Of a stretch of 64,000 nucleotides of DNA, positions 13,831 through 25,465 are shown one piece after another. A model generated the notes under the pieces. That model was not told where the DNA came from. It did not search any database and saw only the letters and a program-made list of their open reading frames with translations. Location: the NCBI GenBank assembly GCA_009103225.1, contig RHPI01001259.1, forward strand, positions 62,001-126,000. Reading direction: 5' to 3'. The position numbers and the translations under genes are program-made. The DNA comes from Chlorokybus atmophyticus. Taxonomy: Eukaryota > Plantae > Mesostigma and Chlorokybus algae. Positions within the stretch are counted from its first letter, which is position 1. Each line of letters begins with the position of its first letter.

Positions 13831-14271
13831 TATAAGATGCACAGTACTATTTGTTTAAGTTTAAAATTTTCTTTGAAAGCGGATGCCTCACTTGTATATA
13901 GAGAGAGAGAGAGCAAGAGAGAGAGACATAGATATAGATATATATGTAGACATGTATGTATATATGTATACATGTATATACATATGTAAGTTGGTAGCCG
14001 TATATATATACAGCTACTGGTACCGGTGTTTTTATTCTGAATACATAATCGTAAAAGGAATTACGAAAATGTGAGTAATTTCAGGATGAAGGTTGTGTTA
14101 AACCTGCCGTCCAATCGCAGCGCTTGATTACTAGCGAATGTTTGCATTGAGCCCTCCCTGCGTCTCCTGTTTACGCAAGGTTGTTTGCGGTGAGTTGGGG
14201 AGGAATGTTTTACTCATGTGCTAGTACTAATCATAACGCATGCAAGTAGTCAGCCTTTCCTACATGTACTT

Positions 14272-14312
14272 GCTTGCCCCGCGGCCTGCTACTAACAGGC
14301 CGCGGGGCAAGC
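14272..14312. repeat. Perfect 17-bp inverted repeat (GC-rich hairpin, 7-nt loop)
   Basis: GCTTGCCCCGCGGCCTG-ctactaa-CAGGCCGCGGGGCAAGC, with a third partial arm AGGCCGCGGGG at 14320-14330. Confidence 0.9.
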
Positions 14313-14888
14313 CATAGATAGGCCGCGGGGTTGAACTTGGCAATGATGAGGTCATATTATCATTAGGGTTTATAACGGTGCAAAGTAATGATTGTAACAC
14401 ACACCTTGTTAAGTATACATGCTCGTACTATGCAAAGAGCCGATCACAACGTACATAATGATGTGTATAGCTTTAGCATACAGCGTCAATGCATTTTCAA
14501 AGTGTCGCCGCGTCCTTAATTGAGTTGGGGAGTATAGTCGCATTGTTAATGAGTTGGTTACATCTGTTATCACGATTTACACATGCCTTTCTCACGACTT
14601 AAACCTTCAATTACGTCAACGCCAAATCCTCAACGTTGTTGAGGATTCGGTGCTTACGATTGTCACCAGCGGAGTGCCGTTTGTGACAGGTTGTAACAAT
14701 ATTTCGGCTACAGCCATAATATATGTATGGATCCGCCGTGAAGTTTACGACATCCGCAATTTATGTCCAGCTCCGCCCATTACAAAGTTGCTAATTCAGT
14801 CTGACTTTAGAAACCCATTTCTACCGGTGATATGATGTAATGTGGTAGATGTGCATATGTAAATTGCGTCTTACACATACGTTTGAGG

Positions 14889-14926
<38 letters not shown>

Positions 14927-14939
14927 CAATACAGCCAGC

Positions 14940-16270
14940 AACAGGCCTTCGAGGAGCTGAAGCAGAGGCTAACCTTAGCCCCCATTCTGCAGCAACCAGA
15001 CCATACCAAGCCCTTTGTTCTCCACACCGACTAGAGCAAGCTCGACATGCGTGCTGTGCTAGTCCACCAGCACGACGACAACAAGAAGGAACGGGTGGTG
15101 TCATACGCAGTAACAACAGCGCTGAGGCCAAATACAGTAGCTATGAAGGCGAGTGCCTTGCCGCAGTATGGCCACCTCCTTCTTTATATCTTTCCTGTTC
15201 GGCAGACAGTTCTCACTGATCACCCTAATCATCACCCTCTTCGCTGGCAGATGACCAACCAGCATCTGACAGGCAAGTTGGCCAGGTGGGCCTTGCTGCT
15301 GCAAGAATACGCCTTTGAGATCACATATCGGGCGGGTCTAACCAATCAAGTTGCCGACGGTCTCAGTCGCAACCCCCTCCTCTCTTTTTATGATGCCACT
15401 GATGCCCGGTACGACCTAGGCCCATCAGCCCCATCACCACAGGTGGCTCTTATGTTTGCCGTAGCTGCGTTACGCTCAAGATGGGTTACCATCACAGAAG
15501 CAGTTCCAGTTGAATCAGCAACCGAGGAGATGCCAGCACTCATCCCCGTCGACACTGAGGCGCACGAGCCAGCCACACTAGATGTTGGCTAGCTTTCAAT
15601 AGCAGACCTACGACAAGACATTTGGCTGGACAAGAACTCCATGGCTACCTACAGCATGGACAACACACAGCAGCGCTGGGTGCACGCGAGCGCGACCGCG
15701 TCAGCCAATGTTGTCACAACAACGCTGGGACGATGGGCTTGTCTTCCGGCGAGTCCACATTCACGTCAAGGAGGTGCCTGCTCCGCGACGACACGAAGCA
15801 GCGCAGCCGCCGCTTCGAGGCAGGCGACTTTGTCTATTGCATGACTCTGACCAAAGACACCCTGAATATCAGCGTCAAACAGGTCGTCTACAAGGTCTTG
15901 AAAGTTCTCCCCTCTGGAGTTCTGGTCAGCAACAACGGCAAACGACTCAAGGACAACACGGAGAACTGTGCTCCATGTCACCTTCCACATATTGCGGGCT
16001 TTGACACCATCCGGCATCCGTGACCCAGCCGCAGCAAGTGTTGCGAGAAGTGCGGTTGACTACACAACATCACAAGGGCGCCGACGACGACGCATTCATG
16101 ATGTTGTGTTATGGCTGCAACGACGGCATGCATTGCTACTGCCTCAACCCTCCGAAGGATACCGTGCCTCTGGAGGCATACTGGTGTGACTGCCGCGTCA
16201 ACGGTCCTCCCCATTCATGTTGAAGGCTACCTACTGGAGCAGGGACTTCCCCAAATTTCAGGAGGGGTGG
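14940..16270 (+). mobile_element. Degenerate Ty3/gypsy LTR-retrotransposon pol relic (RT connection/RNase H, post-integrase region, PHD finger)
   Basis: AFEELKQRLTLAPILQQPDHTKPFVLHTD* and LTGKLARWALLLQEYAFEITYRAGLTNQVADGLSR match Ty3 RNase H. RRFEAGDFVY...YKVLKVLPSGVL follows, then a PHD finger CEKC...MLCYGCNDGMHCYCLNPP...YWCDC (16042-16193). There is a stop at 15032 plus frameshifts, and a purine tract CAGGAGGGGTGG near 16259-16270. Confidence 0.85.
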
Positions 16271-16471
16271 CTTGTTGCTCTCTTTTGTATTGTCAGCACG
16301 CAGTACACATTGTAACACTGTATCACATGTTGGCATCATTACACGTGTGTTACACGCACGTAGGTACAGTCAGGGGGGGGTATTCTTTGCCTTCCTCACG
16401 GTGTTGCTACACTACCACTCATCCTCAGAATTGTCACTAGTCCTCCATAATGGTAATACAGTCGTAATGGT

Positions 16472-16688
<217 letters not shown>

Positions 16689-19109
16689 NGTTGATAGCGG
16701 CAAAATGGAGGCTACCAATCAAAGGCCTAATGAGGTAAAAGTTTTGTGGCATGACACCGTGACCATAGCAGCTGTTACCAATATCCAATCTATAGCTTAT
16801 GGAACACTAAGTATAAAACATAACACTCCATATATGTAGTCAAGTCATGATTAAGGCCTCTTCTCAATGCCTATTACATCTTTGCAGGTTATCATTGACA
16901 AAGGTGACAGATCAGACCGATACCGCAGCCCACCCAAGCAACTCGCATATGCATTCACGTTGCGTGGCGCTTGCACCGACGCCAACTAAAGGCGGACTCG
17001 GAGCCGCTGCAAGCAACACTTTGCCTCCCCACGCTACGCAAATTGCCCACCGCGGACGCTGTCCTTAAGAGCGTCATAACAGCGACAACAAATGTGGCGC
17101 TACCAAAAGGCGAGATTACCTTACCTTTGCCCCCGACGCCGACGCCGACGCCACCCTCCTAGAAAGCTTGCGGGGTGCGAAGGGTCTGGCATCATACCCC
17201 GCGGACCACGGTCATGCCCAATATGATGCCCTCGGTGTATGCAACATCACCATTACCCCGGTTTTGTGAAGATGTATACCATGTATTGACATTCAATGTC
17301 AAGTTAAAATCATTGTTGTGATGACAATGGCAGCGGAGGCACCCGTGGCGTCGAAGCTTACCGCACTTATAAGCAAGAGCGTTGCCTTGCTCGTTCTCGG
17401 TTTGGCTACACTTGCACTGTCCCGTGTACATGGAGTTGCAAAAATTGACAACATCAAGTGGTTGGTGAGGGCCCCGCCGCTGACCTCTGTGGTCGTCACT
17501 ATGGCCGAGATTCATGTCTGGCGTAATATGGACGGGCCGGACATGAAGAAAAGGTATGCAATTCTCTGATATAAACTGCATTTGGATACGTAAAGCATGA
17601 TGCTTTGTTTCATGCAATAGCATATGATACAGCTGTTCGAAATTCACATTGCATGCAGGTATCGGAGCGTGCGTTGCGACATGGGACTCATCCATTGGAC
17701 GCGAATTGCTGTGCACGTATGCCTTGGTGCGTCGCAGTAATCATCTCGCTGCTTGTGGCGACGGTTGCAGCGATATGGTTGTTTGTGCTGTTTGTAATCC
17801 ATGACTGGAATGTAGCAGCCCCGGGCTGCTGCCCCCTCTTGTAGACTTAGTACTATGGTAGATGTATTATAGGCTAGTGTGTAGACACATTGGCCCATAA
17901 TACGCACAAAACCTTCGCAGCGGTGTAAACATTTGCAGTTGCTATTAACACTGCTTCATTGTCTTGTTGCTACGATGCCCATGTATATGTTGACAATGGC
18001 ACTGCCTATTGCCCAGATGCATGAAGGTTTTAAAGTCCATGCAAAAATTGACAATGTCATGTTATTTGTTTACATTGCCCACTTAAATCTCAGCAATGCA
18101 ACTTATCAACAACTCGTAAAGACACTTTGCAAAGTCGATATAGTGACGACCTCGTGCGCTGTGGGGATTGGTGTAAGCTGCTAGTGACGCCACCTATCTA
18201 CCAGACTCGTTGCCAAGGGGAGAAAAGAGCACAATTGATGTGTGTAGATATGCATAACACACGTGCTTGGGTAGCAGTGCGCTCGCGCATTGCCAACGCT
18301 AACGCAACTGAGCTTTCGCGTTGTAAGCGCTTGCACACACGTATGCACACGCTAGCATGCTAGGTGCATACCAAGCTATGTGACGTGCTCTGTGCATGCT
18401 CTGTGCATGCGTGTTTATGCGTGTGTGTGCATGTGCATGTGCGTGTGCGCATGTGTGTGTGGATAGAGTGCATGTGCTTGAAAGGCGCAAGGCGCGAGAA
18501 AGGGCTTGCAACGCGAGCACCATAAGGTGTTGGAGTGAATGATGTTTGATAAGTGTTACTGCAATCTATGAAGGGGGCACGATGGCCAACGTTGACGCTA
18601 GCGGGAGTCTTAGTTGAACACATATTCACATCAAGATGCAGCCTTTTTCTGCATGCGTGTACTTTTAAGCAGAAGTGGGGCTTGGCAATCGCTCTGCGGA
18701 TCCACATCATACATGCAAATGTGCATGAGTTGAGGTTATGCGTTGTACACTATTTGCTCAGCATGCAAAGGCCAGCATGCACATCACAACTTTCTCGTTT
18801 GCAGAAGGCAAATCGCGAGGAAGTTAAATGGGTACCAGTGCAGGGAGGGCAAAGCAAAACGATTTAAATTAAGGTATTTGTGATTACTATATAGAGGTAG
18901 AATCATTTTTGTTTTTGCGCATACACGAGTTTAAATCTAACGTTAGATTTTACCCCCGCTATCCACCGTATATAAAAAGTAGTACGGTGTAGGCTCAATA
19001 AGAAAAGAATATTAAATGGTAAAAAGAAGGATGGGAAAGGATGAAATGATGACATACTATCCGTTAGGTGAAAAATATCAAAAAAAGAAAAGGTCAACTG
19101 CTACTATGT

Positions 19110-19760
19110 GTGCATGCAATGCAGCCTTTTTGCATCTTCTGCGGTAACAACACCAATATCTACAAGTCTTTGCTTCCAAATACAATTATAACTTAACATT
19201 TCCTCAATCTCATCGACACCAGAAGAAAGTTGTTGTGCAAATTTATAAATGTCTTCGCTTAATCATATTGGTAAATCTTGTGATACACCTCCTAATCGAA
19301 TATAACTAGCATGCATTCGGGCCAGAAACTCTTCCATAGAATTCTAATTCCAATAGTTTTTCACGTTCTTTAAATGCCCACAAAAAAGGTGTCAATGCAC
19401 CTACATCAACTGCGTGAGTTGTTAAAGCTAGCAAATGGTTTTATAATTTAGTAATTTTATCAAAAAGTACTCGAATGTATCAAGCTCTTAATGGTACTTC
19501 ACAACCCAATCATTTTTCTACAGCTAAAGAATATGCATGCTCTTGAGCCATTATGGATACATAATCCATATGATCAAAATAGGCGAAAGCTTGCAACTAT
19601 GTATTGTATTCGATCAATCTCTCGGTACCCCTATATAATAATTTTATATGCGGATCTGCGCGTTCTACCACTTCCCCGTGCATTATTAAAAGCAATCCTT
19701 AGAACACCATGCGCTGCAGGGTGTTGAGGCCCAAAGTTAAGAGTGAAATTTTGAATATCT
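19110..19760 (-). pseudogene. nad7: Mitochondrial nad7 5' fragment (NUMT pseudogene)
   Basis: [63 protein letters not shown] and [23 protein letters not shown], with multiple stops and frameshifts. Confidence 0.9.
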
Positions 19761-20084
19761 AAATGTATGAGATATTACCCTATAGTTGATTATGATTAAA
19801 CAAATCAAATAACTTATTGTCTGAAATTAGTAGCACTAAACCAAACTAGATGGAGCGGTACATCCCAGCCAAATATTTCAGATAAATACTATTAAAGCGA
19901 AGATATTCTCTGCGAATTTTGATATTATAAAATAATATTTTGATATTGACTGGCGGGCAGCATGGCACTGCAAACCTTGACGTCACACATTATCAGCTGT
20001 GATATACCTTAAATCATTGTAAAGCGTGCTTTAGCAGCAATGATTGCTATTTTGAGGTAGGCAGCCTATAACAATGATTTTTCA

Positions 20085-20152
20085 AATAGAAGAGTTTGAT
20101 CCTGGCTCAGAATGAACGCTAGCGACATGCTTAACACCTGCAAGTCGAACGT
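20085..20152 (+). rRNA. 5' fragment of mitochondrial SSU rRNA (non-functional, within the NUMT)
   Basis: AGAGTTTGATCCTGGCTCAGAATGAACGCTAGCGACATGCTTAACACCTGCAAGTCGAACG is the conserved bacterial/organellar SSU 5' end. The rest of the gene is absent. Confidence 0.8.
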
Positions 20153-20609
20153 TACTAGAAAAGGGTGGCTTGTAACAGGGGGCTCCTTCCAATAAATTAC
20201 CTTCTAATTCAATCGAAATAAGTTATCTATCGATTATGCGCGGTGCGGTGGGTTGGATTAAAGGGGTAATCTTTTGATAAAAGAGCGAAGCCGATTTCTT
20301 TAAGGGAAATCGACCGGAGTGCGCTGCGCCTCTAATCAACCGGCTGTTCCGCACTGCGCCTCACTGCAGCAGATTGGGTATCTGTTGCTGCTTATATTTA
20401 TGCTTATGCTTAGAGTTCTATTTTTTCAAGTAATCTAGACTCTTTTAAGCAGAATGCCTTATAATCCCATATAGTGGGTTTTGAATGATGCTCTTTTTTG
20501 GCACCGCAGGATGCCTGTGTAAATAGTAGCTTTGCTAAAGAAAAGAAGCAGACCTAAACAGCGATCGCTGCAACCACAATATTGTAATTAAGAGAAAATA
20601 AACAGCAAA

Positions 20610-21330
20610 TAACTTTTGTCTTTATCACTGGTTTTTCTGTAGTCTGGCTGGTTTATTTGGTCGAGTTATCGGTTGTTGAGGAGCTGCACTAACATAACAA
20701 CCACTTGTGTAGCTTTATCCGATATCTTTTCTATTGTTGCGTTTTATGAGGTGGTCTGGCTGGTTTATTTGGTCGAGTTATCGGTTGTCGAGGAGCTGCA
20801 CTAACATAACAACCACTTGTGTAGCGTTATCCGATATCTTTTCTTTTGTTGCGTTTTTTGAGATGGCATTATCCGGAAGTCCGCGTTATATAAAAATAGC
20901 TCCTTGGATAATTGAGAGCTATTTGATGCTTTTTGGAGGTTTCTTTTTGATACTCTTACCGTAGATATGTTAATTGTTGTAAACTTTGTAAGCACCTTAG
21001 TACATTTGTACTCGGTTTCTTACATGTTTGAAATTTCGCATCAACCTCGATTTATGTCATACCTTTCATTACTACTTACAATCTTTATGTTAACCCTCGT
21101 AACCGGAGATAATTTTATTCACATGTTATTTGGTTGGGAAGGAGTAGGAATAGCATCATACCTTTTTATTAACTTTTGGTTTACACGAGAAGCAGCAAAT
21201 AATGCTGCAAAAAAGGCAATGCTTGTAAATAGAGTGGGAGACTTTTGGATTAGCTCTTGATATTATGGGATTATTCTTCCTTTTGCGTACAGTGGACTTC
21301 ACCACTCTTTTTGCTTTAACAGGTCATTTA
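20610..21330 (+). pseudogene. nad5: Mitochondrial nad5 5' fragment (NUMT pseudogene)
   Basis: [71 protein letters not shown] and [11 protein letters not shown], with frameshifts and stops. Confidence 0.9.
20642..20865 (+). repeat. 112-bp tandem duplication within the nad5 fragment
   Basis: Copies at 20642-20753 and 20754-20865, both starting GTCTGGCTGGTTTATTTGGTCGAG, with a few substitutions. Confidence 0.9.
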
Positions 21331-22102
21331 CACCAAGCGGTGATGGTTTGCTCTTACTGGGTCCGCACTGCGCCTTAGACTACACAGCAGCGACCACAGC
21401 TAATCAATTAATTGCACTGGTCTGCGATTGAAGGCGACCTACCCGATTAACAGCTGCTGTAATCGACCGAATTGCACCTGCATCCCGCTTCACCCTTCCT
21501 CACGCCACGCCGGTTTCTGTAAGTGATAGCCGTTCTTTTTAATATTTATTAACAGAACTCAAGTATTAAACTTCTATTAAAGCTAGTTGCTGCTCGCCTT
21601 TATATATTCGTTTGTTTAAGAGTAATTTTTTTTTTTATTCTTTACAATAATACAACAATACTTTGCATTTATTGCCCTTTTTATCTCATTAAAGAGCAGG
21701 CGCAGTGCGGTCGACTAAGTAGATATTGTAAGTAAGCTTAGGGAGTTAAGTAAAATAAAGTGCATATTGAGAGTACAGTATAATGCTGATTTTTCATGAA
21801 TGTGCACCTTATGATGCAGCATAACCCAGTCGATGCATTGCTTTTGATTTGCGCTAAAGAGTAGTTTAACATTGGGCAATGGTTTTAGATTATGTAATAA
21901 TCGATTTCGATTACAGGCGCAGTGCGGTCTATTAAGGCGCAGTGCAAATCGATTACTAATCAATTTCAATTGGGGTAATTTAATTAATTACCCCACTCCA
22001 TGAAAAAAAACCCCATTAATCCAACTGATTACCCCTAATCGACCCCAAATCAATTAGATTGCCGAGCGCTGGATTTCGTCCACCATCTGAAGACGGGATC
22101 GG

Positions 22103-22325
22103 CCCGCTATCGTCGCAGAAGAACAGGACGTCGTACAAGGCGAGGGAGACGAGATCGGATGGGAGCTCGCGCGAGATCTTTTCTTTTGCGGCGATAGATA
22201 AAAGGTCTACCAAGTCCACTCATACCAGCAGAGCATCAAAGCGTGACAAATCGTAGAACCACTGTAATCTGTTCTGCTCGATGATGTCTCGCCAAGTTTG
22301 CACGCAATACCCCCGTTACCTTCTG
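22103..22325 (-). pseudogene. Fragment of a vWA-domain protein gene
   Basis: DIIEQNRLQWFYD...LV*VDLVDLLSIAAKEKISRELPSDLVSLALYDVLFFCDDSG resembles the entry into a vWA domain (D-x-S MIDAS start) in a fungal/algal family. It has an in-frame stop and breaks off right after DDSG. Confidence 0.5.
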
Positions 22326-23408
22326 ACCTGCGGGCGGCGTGAGGGCAGGAGGCGGTGGGGGCGGCTGGGCTGCTGCAGGCAGGCTGCAATTGGCTGGGCT
22401 GCTGCAGGCTTCCAAAAAGGGCTGTTGCAGGCAGGCTGCAAAAAGCATTGGGCTGCTGCAGGCTGGGCTGTACTGGGCTGCACTGCACTGCACTGCATTG
22501 CATTGCAGCGAATTGCTTACAGAAACACCAATTGAAATGGTTAGTCGCATTGTGGGGGGCAAGGTAGCACAATGATATACGAACCAGACAAAAGTATAAC
22601 CGTAACCCCCTTACTTAATGAGAAACTTTAACAACTAATGCAGTTATGATTAGAAAAAGCGGTTATCAAAGCAAACCTGGTATAAATAAAAGTAAAATGT
22701 TGAGAAATGCATTCTTAACGGGGGTTAATGCAAAGATTCGAGATCTGATCCACATTGAGCAAAAGCAGCAACTTCACGATATAAAGCTAATTTTAGTTTC
22801 AAAGATCCAGATACATGTTTTGTAGCTTTTTATTGAGTTGCAGAACCTACACGAGTAATAGACAATCCAAGCAAAACGAATCACCAAACCGCTCGGAACT
22901 CACACGCGTGCAATAAGCCGTGCAGATGTGAATGCATTTGTGTGTCAAGTTACTAAGTGAATGAGGCACGATTGAATACCTGCGCATGTGTGGCTGTATT
23001 GTTGGATAATTCAACACGCGCGGTAGATGTAGAACTGGACGGGTTCAAAACCAGCGAGGATGCAATAAGCGGGGAATCCAAATAAACACAATAGATGATT
23101 TGAACAGTGGACTCAATGATCTCAATAACTTCAGGTTGTAGTACATGACGACTTAGCGTTGAACTCTGCAACACGTGCCACACGAAAGTGATGGCATAAT
23201 GGCATTGCAGAAATGTGATACTGGCTTTTTTGGCGAGTGCGCGGCGTGTCAGAAAAAATTGTGTCAAGACTCGGTTTGTGGCCGACTTGACATCAGCGTC
23301 GGCAGCCTTGGCACACCGCTTCCATGGCTGCTTCGTCATGTCTGTGCATATGATGCATATATTGATACAGAGAGAATAGCATGCACTATCATATAGGCCA
23401 ACCATGTC

Positions 23409-23446
23409 AGAGAGAGCGAGAGCGAGAGCGAGCGAGCGAGAGAGAG

Positions 23447-23517
<71 letters not shown>
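23409..23517. repeat. (AG)n microsatellite with GAGC interruptions
   Basis: Read directly; an N follows at 23538. Confidence 0.95.
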
Positions 23518-23519
<2 letters not shown>

Positions 23520-23544
23520 ATGGTTCGTGCTCGCAGCNGCTGCT

Positions 23545-24110
23545 GGGCTGACCTGAGCTCGTCAGCTGCCTTGCCACTGGCATCACGAGCCTGGCTGCTC
23601 TCACCAGGCTGCTTCGTGGCCGAAATGAAGGCTGGAGCACTGCCGGTCGCTTTGGCGGAGTGAAACTTTGCTGAGCTGCAAGGGAACAAGTGGGGCGAGT
23701 GAGGTGCGAGAAACCAAAGATACAAGCACAGCAAGAGATAGGGGAGAGACTCTCTCTGTCAGGGAGAGAGGGGAAAACGAGAGAGCGAAAGTGAGCACGA
23801 ACGCGTGCTCAGCTGCTGCTGGGCTGACCTGAGCCCATGGTCAGCCCATGCGCTTTCCACAAAGTGTTGTGCCACACGTCCGGGAATATGAATCGGCTTC
23901 CGTGAGTTAGCCTGGCTGCTCTCGCCAGGCACTGCAATGAAGCTGGGCTTCATTGCAGCATGCGGGCTGCAAGAGAACAGAGGGAAAGCGAATAAAGCTG
24001 CGCATGAAAAAACCCAGACGTGCAGAGAGAGAGGGGGAAACGAGCGAGCGAGAGTGAGTACGAACGGGCTGACCTGAGCCCAAGGTCAGCCCCTGCGCTT
24101 CCATCATGCA
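23545..24110. repeat. Degenerate tandem repeat, ~245-276 bp unit, two full copies plus a partial copy
   Basis: GGGCTGACCTGAGC recurs at 23545, 23821 and 24066. GCCTGGCTGCTCTC(A/G)CCAGGC recurs near 23589 and 23910. Confidence 0.7.
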
Positions 24111-24687
24111 GCATGTAATTCAAACAATACAAAACACACAACTTGCCTCAAGGCTTGAAGCAAGCCCACTCTCCTCTTCAGTGTCTGCAACCTTCAATGT
24201 CTGGAAGTTTGATTTGCAACCCAGCAGCAAGCTTGAGAGGGCAACAAAAAGTGTAAGCACATGTTGATACAGATCCAAACATGAGATGAGAAACATGAGA
24301 GTCAATCCAAGTGAGCGTAATGTACCTTTCCCAACTCGCCAGCGAGCGTCACAAATGGTGCGCACCTGTCCGCACCAAGCATTGTCGCTGACATGTACAA
24401 ACAGTAGCACTGCATGATGCAACAAAGTGACGAGATCAGCACGCTTGTATGTAAGTGAGTGAGTGGTAATTAGGGGTTACGCATGCAGCCGTAGTGCACT
24501 CACCAGCTTGTTTAGAAGTCAATGACCATGGGTTTCCCGCGCTCATTGGTAGCATCAATCAGCTGGGCTGCTTTGATTGACCTTCTCCTCTATACGTTAG
24601 CAACACAGTTGCAATCTGTACCGCCAACACTACCACTACGGTGGACCACTACGCATGGTGCATTGACAGTGCTGCACACAGCGAAGN

Positions 24688-24845
24688 GCACGTGCGCGCG
24701 CACAAACCCACATGCGCACATGCACGCGCACGCATCCGAGAACAGACGCGCGCGCGCACCCACACACACACGCACGCACGCGCACCCACCCACCACCAAC
24801 TCCTTGTGTCAAGCAGGACAACTTCACCGTCACCATCACGGGTCC
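24688..24845 (+). repeat. Exact 158-bp copy of 29531-29688 (intron end plus exon start of the giant gene), immediately after an N
   Basis: Compared base by base from GCACGTGCGCGCGCACAAACCC to CATCACGGGTCC; the N is at 24687. Confidence 0.9.
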
Positions 24846-25089
24846 TCCCCCCCCTTGCCCCTATGTAAGTGTGAGTCAGCAAACCCAGTGGATGAGTGAA
24901 CATGCCTGGAGAGAGAATAGTAAATTGTAGTAGAGAGGCTGTGAGAGTGTAGCTACCATACATACATGCTCAAGTATGTGAGTGAGTGTGAATGTGAGCA
25001 GCAAGCCAAGGGATGAGGATTCACATATGTGCGCATTGAGTACAAAGTGTGGTGAATACTTGAATAGCGGGACGGACGGCGGGTGTGGG

Positions 25090-25465
25090 TGTATGAGTGC
25101 GAGCAGCCAACCGAGTGAACCACATGCCCAGAGCAATCGCAAATTGACTTGAATGCTGTAGTGAGTGAGGGGAGGCAGGGTGTGACTGAGTGGATGAGTG
25201 GAGGGATTGAGTGAGTGTGAGCAGTAAACAGCAAACTGAGTGAATGCGGTCACAACCTGCCCAGATCAATTGAGAGACTCATTTGAATTGTAGTGGTGAG
25301 TGAGGGGGGGCAGGGTGTAACTGAGTGAGTGAGTGAGTGAGTGAGTAAGTGAGTGTGAGCAGCCAACTGAGTGAATGCGTTAACAACCTGCCCATTAATG
25401 GGGAATGGGAAACTTGACTTGTAAGTGAGCGAGGGGAGGCAGAGTGTGAGTGAGTGAGTAGCCTG
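25090..25465. repeat. GAGT-rich degenerate tandem repeat, ~120-140 bp unit
   Basis: GAGCAG...AAC(C/T)GAGTGAA...TGCCCA...GAGGGG(A/G)GGCAG(G/A)GTGT recurs three times, near 25100, 25218 and 25357. Confidence 0.6.

Larger units (their letters stand above)
18865..21960. other. Nuclear insertion of mitochondrial DNA (NUMT), decayed mosaic
   Basis: Abrupt AT-rich block containing degraded nad7, an SSU rRNA 5' end and degraded nad5. Boundaries are approximate. Confidence 0.85.

Noticed and set aside
18870-19100. Group II intron domain V in the NUMT
   Set aside because: A hairpin is present but does not match the domain V consensus well enough.
20085-20200. Bacterial 16S rRNA gene or contamination
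   Set aside because: Only about 60 nt match, and it lies between decayed mitochondrial nad genes, so it is a NUMT fragment.
22602-22728. piggyBac-like MITE (CCCCC...GGGGG TTAA)
   Set aside because: Only a 5-bp terminal match, and the left target site is imperfect.
23545-25465. CRISPR-like array
   Set aside because: The repeats are degenerate with homologous rather than unique spacers, the context is eukaryotic and there are no cas genes.
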